Positions 46,052-54,854 of a DNA stretch of 64,000 bases are shown here, piece by piece. Origin of the DNA: Cyanidioschyzon merolae (lineage: Eukaryota); the NCBI GenBank assembly GCA_000091205.1, contig AP006488.2; one strand, written 5' to 3'. Numbering within the stretch: position 1 is the stretch's first letter; each line of letters begins with the position of its first letter. A model generated the notes under the pieces. That model was given only the letters and a program-made list of their open reading frames with translations, was not told the origin of the DNA and ran no database searches. A program made the position numbers and the translations under genes.

Positions 46052-48373
46052 TCAAGTGATACGGCCAAAGGCCGTCGCCGTGATGAACAGTCCGTCGCTC
46101 CAGTCCTCGCGAATCTTGCACAAGGGCCCATGACTCGTGCGCGTGCAGCGTTGCTCTTCACCAGACGCGTGTCCACGACTCATCACATAGGCCGATATAT
46201 CTGATCCGCAAGCAACTGCCGTCAGCATGTAGCCCTCGTCCCAGCGGTGATGAATGCTCTCACTGGGATACCCAAATTCGAGTTCGACCACCTGCTCCTT
46301 GAACGCTGTGCCTCGGCTCATGACGACGAGCCACTGCTCGGCAGAGGGCGGCCCCTGGACACAGAGGCTGGTGATGGCATAGCCGTTCGTCCACTTGTCG
46401 GCACACCACTTGGCCGGGAAGGTCGAGCTCACGATATAGCTCTGTTGCTTGTAGCGTTTGTTGCGATTCATGGTCGATGCGACAATCCCCCAACTTGTGT
46501 GATTCGCTGAGCAAGCAGTGATGTAGAAGCCCTCGTCCCATTTGCTGCGAATCCAATCTCGAGGCACTTCATTGCCGGGGCAATAGTGCATGGCTTGCTC
46601 CACCAGCACGGGATCTCTGGCGTTGAGGACGCTGGTCCACATCCCGCCGTCGAAGCACAACACGCTGATGCGCATGCCCTGAGCCCATTTGCGCTCCACC
46701 TCGCGCACCAGATTCTTGTACGAGGTATGACTCGTGTACACCTGGCTCGCTGGGGCACATGACGAGGCGTTGTTCGCTGAGGTGCTTATGATTACCCACT
46801 GATGTGTTTTCGTCGTTCGTGGTGCAATAATTTCAAAGCGTCCTCGTCGCATGCCCACGTCCTGGAGCGCCAAGGATAGCGCATGTTCAGCGAGCGCGCC
46901 ACCACGAATGCCCACGTCCGGCTCTGTGGAGCTCGCTCGCGAGACCGCTTGCGCCGTGTTCTGCAGCTCGGCCGCCGCACCCGGCGTTCGCGCTCGCTTT
47001 GGTGCCTGGGCAGATGCTTGCCCTGACATACCATTCCGCCGCTTACCACCGACCGTGCCCGGCACTGACGACTCCACAAGAAGAACTTCTGCTGCTCCTG
47101 CGCTGTTCTGCGAGACATCGCTGGCCAAGTTGATGATATTCGCACTCGGTGCGGCACTATCGACATCAACAGTCTCGGCGGCAGGGGTACGTGCCTGATA
47201 CGGGGGGACAAGCGGCACTCCCTCGGCCATGAGGCGCATTTGCTGATGAATCCAAACGATTCCCTGCTTGCAATCCAAAATCCGTGCCATGTACTCGTAG
47301 TCTGGCTGTTCAGCGAATTTCAGCTGCCGCACGTAGGCCAAAAAGTAGCGCAACTCATCCGGCACTGCTCGACAGATGTCATTAACTAGCATGCGTCCCT
47401 TGCTTTCGCAGACTTGCATATTCTTGTCGTCGCCGACAAAACCTTGCCACGGGAGCTGCCCTTTCAACAGATAAATCAGCATGTAAGCGAGTGATTCCAG
47501 ATCGTCTCTCCGAGACAGGTGGCGGCCGAGGTGCGCGTTCACCGACGCGTACCGCACCGTGCCGCTAAAGTGATCAATACGTTGACCGTATGGGACGTGC
47601 TTGCCCGTGGCGTCATCCTCGCGCCAACGGGTGGCGAGGCCCATGTCAATAATATAGAGAGGCACGTTGACGTCGATTTTCGCCGGCGTCACGCGAGCGT
47701 ACTTTGGGTCACTCACGGATGTCGTTCCATTGGCGCCCGTCCCGGAGGCATCGCGTGCGTCTATATTCACCTCTAGTAGCGCCAAGGGGTCCACGCACGA
47801 CCCCCCCGTATTCTGGCGACTTGACGTCTGGTTTTTCGGTTCGCGGTATTCGAGGAGGAAATTCTCGGGCTTCACATCCCCGTGAACATAACCGATGTCG
47901 TGGACTCGCTTGATCAACGCCAAACACTTGAGCGCGATCTGAGACACTTGTGGCCAGGTAAATCGTCGCGAAACTCGAGATTCAAGGGCCTTCTGGAGCG
48001 TAGGTCCCAACAGCTGCATAACACAGACAAAATATCGCCCGACATGTCCAGTGTAGTAGACAGTGGGAGCGCCGAGTCCCTGCATCCGCATCAGAACCTC
48101 CCACTCGCGATACGCAATCGTTCGGGAGCGATACTCCAGTTTCACCGCTACTGGCTCGCCTGTAAGCGCGTTGCGGCCCTTGTAAACGTCGCCAAAGTGG
48201 CCAGAGCCAAGAAAAACGTCCTTTTCCACGATGAAACCTTTGCCGCCAGTGCAAGGGCACGACTGCCCCACCACCGTTGGAACTGGATCCTTCGGCTCCG
48301 ACGCACTCGCTGCGGGTGTCGCACCGACCGCTGGCTCGACAGCGGCTGTGCGCCCTCCCACTGGGCCCCGCAT
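46052..48373 (-). CDS. casein kinase I (CK1)-family Ser/Thr protein kinase with long C-terminal extension carrying ~5 tandem ~48-aa W-x-x-G-[YF]-x-[IL]-T repeats
   Basis: Kinase domain: FLGSGHFGDVYKG...VAVKLE, HDIGYVHGDVKPENFLL, a large insert, then IDMGLATRW...GTVRYASVNAHLG and SRRDDLESLAYMLIYLLKGQLPW. C-terminal repeats: WAQGMRISVL..., WDEGFYITAC..., WTNGYAITSL..., WDEGYMLTAV..., WSDGLFITATAFG. Confidence 0.85.
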   Translation of the reverse strand: MRGPVGGRTAAVEPAVGATPAASASEPKDPVPTVVGQSCPCTGGKGFIVEKDVFLGSGHFGDVYKGRNALTGEPVAVKLEYRSRTIAYREWEVLMRMQGLGAPTVYYTGHVGRYFVCVMQLLGPTLQKALESRVSRRFTWPQVSQIALKCLALIKRVHDIGYVHGDVKPENFLLEYREPKNQTSSRQNTGGSCVDPLALLEVNIDARDASGTGANGTTSVSDPKYARVTPAKIDVNVPLYIIDMGLATRWREDDATGKHVPYGQRIDHFSGTVRYASVNAHLGRHLSRRDDLESLAYMLIYLLKGQLPWQGFVGDDKNMQVCESKGRMLVNDICRAVPDELRYFLAYVRQLKFAEQPDYEYMARILDCKQGIVWIHQQMRLMAEGVPLVPPYQARTPAAETVDVDSAAPSANIINLASDVSQNSAGAAEVLLVESSVPGTVGGKRRNGMSGQASAQAPKRARTPGAAAELQNTAQAVSRASSTEPDVGIRGGALAEHALSLALQDVGMRRGRFEIIAPRTTKTHQWVIISTSANNASSCAPASQVYTSHTSYKNLVREVERKWAQGMRISVLCFDGGMWTSVLNARDPVLVEQAMHYCPGNEVPRDWIRSKWDEGFYITACSANHTSWGIVASTMNRNKRYKQQSYIVSSTFPAKWCADKWTNGYAITSLCVQGPPSAEQWLVVMSRGTAFKEQVVELEFGYPSESIHHRWDEGYMLTAVACGSDISAYVMSRGHASGEEQRCTRTSHGPLCKIREDWSDGLFITATAFGRIT

Positions 48374-49439
48374 GGTGCCCGCTCACCCCTGGTACACAGC
48401 CACAGACACGCTTGCTTCAGCAGCTTCAAAAACCTCCTGGTATCCAAACACGCTCCGCTTCAACCCGACTCACGGCTTCTCTGAGCAAAATCTGTCGAGC
48501 GAACAATAGACAACTCAACCAAAACCACCACAGAGTCGCAGCCCAGAGTCTTTTGTAGACGTGACAAGTCGTCCGTGCGAACTGGCGCTGCCACTACCGC
48601 TGCGTCGCGCGAGGGTTTCCACTACAACCGACTCGTGCAACCTCGAAACAGCCTAAAAACGGAAACTGACCTCTATCGTTGGATACTGAGTATTCCTGCT
48701 TTCACGTCAAGTACTATAGCACCAAACAGGAACCTACTCGAAACGTGTATACCCGCTCATATGGTCCATGCGTTCAGGGTAGTCACGCGCTGAGCGTCTA
48801 TCGAACGCGCGCTGTCTCGAGGCGCTGTTCATACATCCCCGCGTGACGCGACCCTGCGGGCGCTGATGCGCAAGCGCGCGCTGCAATGGACATCGCTGCA
48901 TCAAGATCGATGGTGCAATCCTGATTCGATTGCGATGACAAAACGTTTCCATGGAGCAGGGATCCCTGGTTTCGGGAAGGATGGGTGGTGGCGTTCGGGA
49001 AAGCGTCCATCATGATGTTACCTCCAGGTTCCTTTTGGATATACTGGCCGTTTCGTATGGTCTATCGTTTGCCGAGTACTTGATGTGAGCGCTCGCCTCG
49101 GGGCTTGTATCGCTGGAGCAGATATATCATGGGGATAGAACGGCTTTGGCACGCCATTGAGGGCGTCGGATCGAGGAACGCTTCACCTGATACGTAGTCG
49201 GAGTATATGATCAATCTGCGAGCCTGCAAGCTGCGCTGGCAGACGGACTGCCTGCGGCAGTTTGACGCGATATACTAGGAGTCCACTGCGACCAGATCGA
49301 CGCCCAGATGGAGCCTAACTGCCCCTGATCCCAGAATGAATTGCGTTTTGCGGACGCATTGTTCAGGTCTCGCCACAGCACCTGCCACTGGAGGAAGCAT
49401 GAAGCACGAGCTTGGTAGATTCGTCCGTCTCGCGGGACC

Positions 49440-52140
49440 TTACGCCTAGAAGGTAAACTTTCGAAGATACGGAAACCTTTCCCCTTTGTAACGTTTATCG
49501 TAGATGGGGATAGAAATACATAAATATTTGCAGGTGAATCGTGAGTCTATGTTCCTTATTCTAAATAACGCGCTCGGTACGCGCATCCCAAATTTGGTAG
49601 TACGAAATACGACGCGAATGTCGCTGTTGAAGGGAAACGCGATCGAGACAACACGTTTTCTTTTTTGGGAGCATTCGATCTCGTACTCGCAGCGTGCACT
49701 GTTGGTGAGGGTCTTGTCCCATGGATGACAACGGCATTGCACGGCTAGATCTAGTGTGTTGTTCTACTGTAAAAGTCGGATTTCCTTTGAGGCCATAGCA
49801 AAGTCTAGTTTCCCAGTTCAATTGTGTTTCAAACCTCAAGTAAGAATATTCCATTGAATTTTCGCAGCATATAACAAATGCGTTCGAAGAGGGCTCTTTT
49901 TCAAAAGAAACTAAGAAAAAGGAAAGTTGTGAAAAAGCAACTGGACGATCCTTGAAGTCCAGGATCCTCGGCTGCCAGAAAAAAAAACGAAAAACAGTGC
50001 CGAGTCCAGAAGAAAAGGAAGAGAAGAGGACCGAAAGGGGGAGGCCCTGCGTCGAAGACGGCCAGAAAGACGACTGTACGACGAGACGGTGGTGAAAGCC
50101 TTTCTTCTTGGACATATCAAGGGGTCGTACAAGGAAAGGTTGCGAGACGCTATCGAAAAACGTGTCGATTCGTACACCAAGAGCACCATAAAGACGTCGT
50201 CAGGACTGATGCATTTGGTGAGAGAGATGTATCGCGACGTGACGCACATGGAAACGGTCGAGATTCCAGACGAGTTGTTCGACCAGACCTTTATTCGGCA
50301 CCTGATGCTTGGCACAGGGAAACGCGGAGGGGAAATGAGTTCGTGCATGCTCTCCACGGAAAACATCCCTTTTATAGCTTCGAGGGTACTCGATACAAGG
50401 CTGACCAGGATATTTACACATACGGGGCAATGAAGTACCTCACGAATCTGAAGAACCATTTGACAATGAACCTCGAACGTTTCATGATACGCTCCGTGTT
50501 TGCACTCTACCCGGGTCTGTCTCGCAATGGAAAATGGGCGATTATCAATGGCATCACGAAAGATCGTAAGCATGAAGATGAGACGGAGATCGTTGACAAG
50601 AAGTCGTCAAACGAGAGCACGAATGAAGCTTCTGTAATCCGTGCGCCTAGTAAAGAGTACCGCGCAGACCTGGGGCTGGCGAATCCAGCAGAAAAGATGT
50701 CAGAGTTGAAAAAACATATGGAAAAATACAATCGCCTCATCCTGCGGTATTTCTTGTTTCTGGACCGAGAGCTCGAATGCAAGGCAGATGTGAAGCTAAG
50801 TGAGGAAAACAATGAAGAGTCGGAGAGACGGACGGCTTTCCTAATGGGGAAGCGCGTCAACGTGGTTCCAATGTGCAACATCAAGTCACATTTTGTGACT
50901 ACCGACTCCAGAGTCCTTCATGGCATCATCAGGAAGATCAGTCTTGAGTTCAATGTTAGCAGGGAGGAGTTCACCGGCGAGAACCGGGAGCCGTACTGGA
51001 AGAATATCTTCGATTTCAAACGTCTCAAAGTGAGCAAGCAAAAGGTATTCACTTGGATGATCGAAACCGATGGAGTAGCCATGGACGTACACTATCGGCG
51101 CTTGAAGGCAGATCGTCCAGTTCCGCCCTCTGCTGCGCCCTCGACGAGCCATGCAGAAAAGAAGGAGGCGGATCCTGCGATGCAGGAGGTGCAGGATAAC
51201 GACTTTGTCGTGGGTGCGGACCCTGGGAATACGAATATCATAACCATCGCAGCACCCAAGCCTGGGGAAGATGATACTGACGGTGACTTACGTCAGAGAG
51301 ACAAGCGTCTTTTGAGGTTCTCGACAGCGAGATACTATCGAGAATCCGGTATAATGAATGCAAGGAAGAAAATTGATACGTGGAATGCAGGAATGAAGGA
51401 TCACCTGGAAGCTTTGAGTGAGGTGACGAGCCGAGGAGCGGGCTTACAAGCTTTTCGGAAACTCATGGAAATACGCGTTGCTCATTGGGAGGCGCTGTGG
51501 GAGGAGTATACAAATCCCCGGTGGGCTCGTCTGCGAATGAATCTATATTGTGGGAAGCAGCGGGCGTTCGCGGACTTTTTCAATCAGTTGAGTGCCCTCA
51601 AAGAGGATGAAACTCAGAGGCTGGAAGTAGCTTATGGGGCAGGGCGCTGGAAGAACCGAAAAAAGGGACTACGCCAGCTCCAACGACAACAACGTACAAA
51701 GAGTGTGCACGGCGTTTCGCTACGATACCTGTAGATGAGTTTCGAACGTCCTACACACACCATGAACTGGGGTGTACACTTCAAAGGGTCGAGATGGAAA
51801 AGTGCCAGCGGAGCGCTGAAGACTTAAAAAGCACGGACCACTGACAGAAGAGCATATGGAATAGAGGGCAAAAGTTCGTGGACTACTCGCATTCGTAAGT
51901 ACAACCATTTGCAAAAAACGTATGGAATTTCTGAACCGGGACTTGAACGCCGCGATCAATATCAGGAGACGTGCGGTGATAGAACAGAGACCTCCACAGT
52001 CGACAAGAGCGAAAAGCGTTGGCTGGCGTGATCATTTCGTTCATGAGAAAAATCAACGGCGCGCTCGAGCGACTCTCCAGCCACGCCCGAGATATTCTCG
52101 GTCCGTCGTTACGCCCGAGATATTCTCGGTCCGTAGCTCC
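49440..52140 (+). mobile_element. Fanzor/TnpB-like (eukaryotic OMEGA-type RuvC nuclease) element, most intact copy (copy C), in a lower-GC island
   Basis: Composition changes abruptly to AT-richer at ~49440. The nuclease ORF runs 50089-~52000. The 3' end holds a ggctgg...ccagcc stem, the 10-bp palindrome cgctcgagcg (52061-52070), a 24-bp unit acgcccgagatattctcggtccgt duplicated at 52083-52106 and 52111-52134, and (acga)4. Boundaries are approximate. Confidence 0.5.
50089..52000 (+). CDS. Fanzor/TnpB-like RuvC nuclease ORF (RuvC-I, RuvC-II/TS..C zinc-finger and RuvC-III motifs present); reading frame interrupted at ~50340-50430, ~51720 and ~51840 (frameshifts or short introns), so possibly a pseudogene
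   Basis: Main frame 50343..51734 contains [19 protein letters not shown] (RuvC-I, the GIDLGI..lA pattern) and [10 protein letters not shown]. The adjacent frame at ~51709-51840 reads [21 protein letters not shown]...C (the TnpB vd.yTSq.C zinc-finger lead-in with E). The frame at 51922 reads [19 protein letters not shown] (RuvC-III, D-RD.NAA.NI). An N-terminal piece at 50089..50433 lies in a third frame. Track starts 50089 and 50343 are GTG. Confidence 0.55.
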
Positions 52141-52321
52141 GCCAACTCAAACGAACGAACGAACGAAAGCTCTTCTATCGGGTGCGAAAATGCGCTCCGA
52201 CTCAGTGCGTCTTGTCAGTACAACTTTTCCGAGTCTAGTAGATATTCACAGGAATATTCATGACGCAGTTACAGTGCAAGCTGAGCTCTTGAGAGCTGCT
52301 TCGCCACGCGCAACTCCAGTG

Positions 52322-54154
52322 ATGGCTGGTGCGCGCTCCCCAATCGCTAAAGCCTCACCGCGTCCTCGCACGGTCGTGTACTTTGGCACGTACACGCGTG
52401 TGCTACACCACAGTCGTGGGACCGGAAAAGGTGTGTTCGGGTTTTGGTTGGACAACGACACAGGCTACCTGGCTCCTCTTAAAACTGATTCCCCGGAGGA
52501 GGCTGACGAGTCTGGACTCGTCGTCCGTGCTGACGGGCTACTGTGTCCAGCGTATTTCTGTCGCGATCGTGGCCCTTCAGGCGAGTACCTCTGGGCAGTC
52601 AATGAAACGTCCAAGTTCGACTATGCTCGCCCGGATATTTTCGGGTCGGTGACCCTGTTCCGCTGGCTGCGGCGCGAGGGCGGCCTGCTAGAGCGGCTCG
52701 GAGAGTTTGCGACCGCGGGACACGGCGCTTGCCATCCGTGGACGGATCACCTTGGACGGTTTCTTCTTATAGCAAACTACTGGAGTGGATCTGTTGTGGT
52801 CTTCCATATCGAGCGTGAGGCAGTGGAGCGTGAGCATACGACGAGTCCACGTCTGCACCTGGTGCAGCATGTGCAGTTTATATCCCCAGTCGATGCAGTC
52901 GACGAGGAAACGAAACCGTGCGCAGCGTCGCTCCTAGGTCTCACTGAAGCGATGCAACAGGCACAGAAAGCAAAATCAAGTCTCTTGGGTTTCCGCCGCG
53001 ATCGGCAGGATGGACCACACTCACACCAGATCGTGGTTGACCCCACCGAGCGCTTCCTCTATGTCCCAGATCTAGGAACGGACCGCATCTATCAATTTAT
53101 CCTCCGGTTTGATGAGGTAGCTTCCGAGCTGGCACACGGAAAAGACCAAGAGTCTCTGCGGTGCGTACCGCACGCTGCGTTATCGGGAAGCGATGCGCAG
53201 TTGTGTACAGAGGCACAGGATGCTGTCGCTGCGCATGTACGGGGCACATCGCCTGGTCCTGATGAGCAGAACGGTCGCCCCATTCAAGCGCAGCAGCAGC
53301 GTTTCATCACTCCGGCTGGTGTGGTGTCTGACTACCCGTTCCAAGCGCCCCAGGGTGGCGTACTGTACCAGACCGAGTTCGCACGAGCCACCGGGACGGC
53401 GTGCTGTCTCCTGCCGCATCCCTCTGCGGCGTTCGTTTCCGTGCCGCCGAGCGGTGCGGGACCTCGCCACATGTTGTTGCATCCATCTGGCCGTTGGGCG
53501 CTCGTTCTCTGTGAACTGAACGCGACCCTGCTGTGCTACGCCTGGGACGGACCAACGCCAGTGGAGACGGTGCTTGGGCATCAGACTGCCAGCGGGCTGC
53601 TGTCGAGCACGCCTGCGTCCATGTTGGACTTGCTCCCGGCCCACTATCGTCAGAGGTACTCGCCGGAAATACTGCACCAGTACAACATCTCGTCGGCGTT
53701 GCGTCTGCATCCATTGAGAACGGATCGGCTCTATGCGAGCAACCGTGGACACGACTCAGTTGCGGTTATCGAGTTCTCCGAACAGAATGGCTGTATGCGG
53801 ATTCTGCAGTGGGTTCCGTCTGGTGGACGCACCCCACGTGATATCGCCCTGGATCCCCGCGCAGAGTTCCTCTACGTGGCTAACCAAGATTCAGATCGAG
53901 TAGCGGTGTTCAAGCTGGATCCCGATACTGGCTTGGTTTTGTCGACTGGCCACCATGCGCCATGTCATGAACAAGCTGCAGATGCTGGTCAGAGTGCCGA
54001 CTTGGGCGCTGCACCAAATCCCGAACAAGATGGCATGTCCGCGGACTCAATGGATGATCTAACGCTTGCGGGCTGCGAACAACGGTGCACACCTTACCAA
54101 ACGCTCTCGATCCGCGAGCCTTGCACGGTATTCGTCGAGGAGGTACCCCTCTAG
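52322..54154 (+). CDS. lactonase, 7-bladed beta-propeller family (6-phosphogluconolactonase / muconate lactonising-enzyme-like)
   Basis: TVVYFGTYT...GKGVFGFWLD near the N-terminus, with repeated propeller blades: HPSGRWALVLCELNATLLCYAWD, LHPLRTDRLYASNRGHDSVAVIEF and PRDIALDPRAEFLYVANQDSDRVAVFKLDPDTGLV. The open frame extends upstream to 52019 (TTG) across the Fanzor 3' end. I chose the ATG at 52322 from family N-terminus position; ATG 52190 is an alternative. Confidence 0.55.
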   Translation: MAGARSPIAKASPRPRTVVYFGTYTRVLHHSRGTGKGVFGFWLDNDTGYLAPLKTDSPEEADESGLVVRADGLLCPAYFCRDRGPSGEYLWAVNETSKFDYARPDIFGSVTLFRWLRREGGLLERLGEFATAGHGACHPWTDHLGRFLLIANYWSGSVVVFHIEREAVEREHTTSPRLHLVQHVQFISPVDAVDEETKPCAASLLGLTEAMQQAQKAKSSLLGFRRDRQDGPHSHQIVVDPTERFLYVPDLGTDRIYQFILRFDEVASELAHGKDQESLRCVPHAALSGSDAQLCTEAQDAVAAHVRGTSPGPDEQNGRPIQAQQQRFITPAGVVSDYPFQAPQGGVLYQTEFARATGTACCLLPHPSAAFVSVPPSGAGPRHMLLHPSGRWALVLCELNATLLCYAWDGPTPVETVLGHQTASGLLSSTPASMLDLLPAHYRQRYSPEILHQYNISSALRLHPLRTDRLYASNRGHDSVAVIEFSEQNGCMRILQWVPSGGRTPRDIALDPRAEFLYVANQDSDRVAVFKLDPDTGLVLSTGHHAPCHEQAADAGQSADLGAAPNPEQDGMSADSMDDLTLAGCEQRCTPYQTLSIREPCTVFVEEVPL

Positions 54155-54854
54155 AGCCGAGTATTTGCGCTTGGGCCAATGCAAACCTAGTCGTCAGCGT
54201 TCGGGCAGGCCCAGCGCTTGGGGAACAAGTTGAGACGCAACTCGTTGTTGTTCCCAACCAAAGTCACAGTGTCGATCACGACACTGGCAATACGATTATT
54301 CAAGTACTAGTAAGCAGGCAGACGCGCTATTCGTTTTCCATGTGACGGTGGCAGAAAACACGCATATATTTCAATCAAATACGAGAAAATCACAATGAAT
54401 ATGATCATGAAGAAGAAGAAGAAGAAGAATCCACTTAAAGAAGTTTATCGTGCGAAATCGCTCTTCGACGCAGATTCTGTGCATCACAGCGCTTTCCCAG
54501 TGCATCTGTCTTGGATCATGTCTAGACGCAGACACGTAGCGGAGCGTTGCAACACGCGATGCTGTTCGCTGTTGAGACATTCCCCCGAATCCTCGGTTCA
54601 ACGTCATCGGCTACGGGGGAAGTACAGACGCGCATACGACCCGCGTTGCTCGCACGCTGAAACCAACAGCGAGAACGTGCGCTCAGCGCATGATTGTACG
54701 ACAGCTGCGGTGTACGCTGCGTCAATCCTTGAACGCATCCAGCTCGTGAACATTGCATGAACGCAGGTAACCAAGCTGTCGAAGCAGGTACGTGCGGCGT
54801 TACCGAGGGCAAGGCTTCACGAGCGCGACGCTGATATCGCGTACCAGAGCTCGG

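Noticed and set aside
52019-52321. Track start (52019) for the lactonase ORF, giving a 711-aa protein
   Set aside because: The codon at 52019 is TTG. The first ~100 residues translate the Fanzor terminal repeat region, and family N-termini begin near the vYvGtYt motif. ATG 52322 is preferred, and ATG 52190 is possible.
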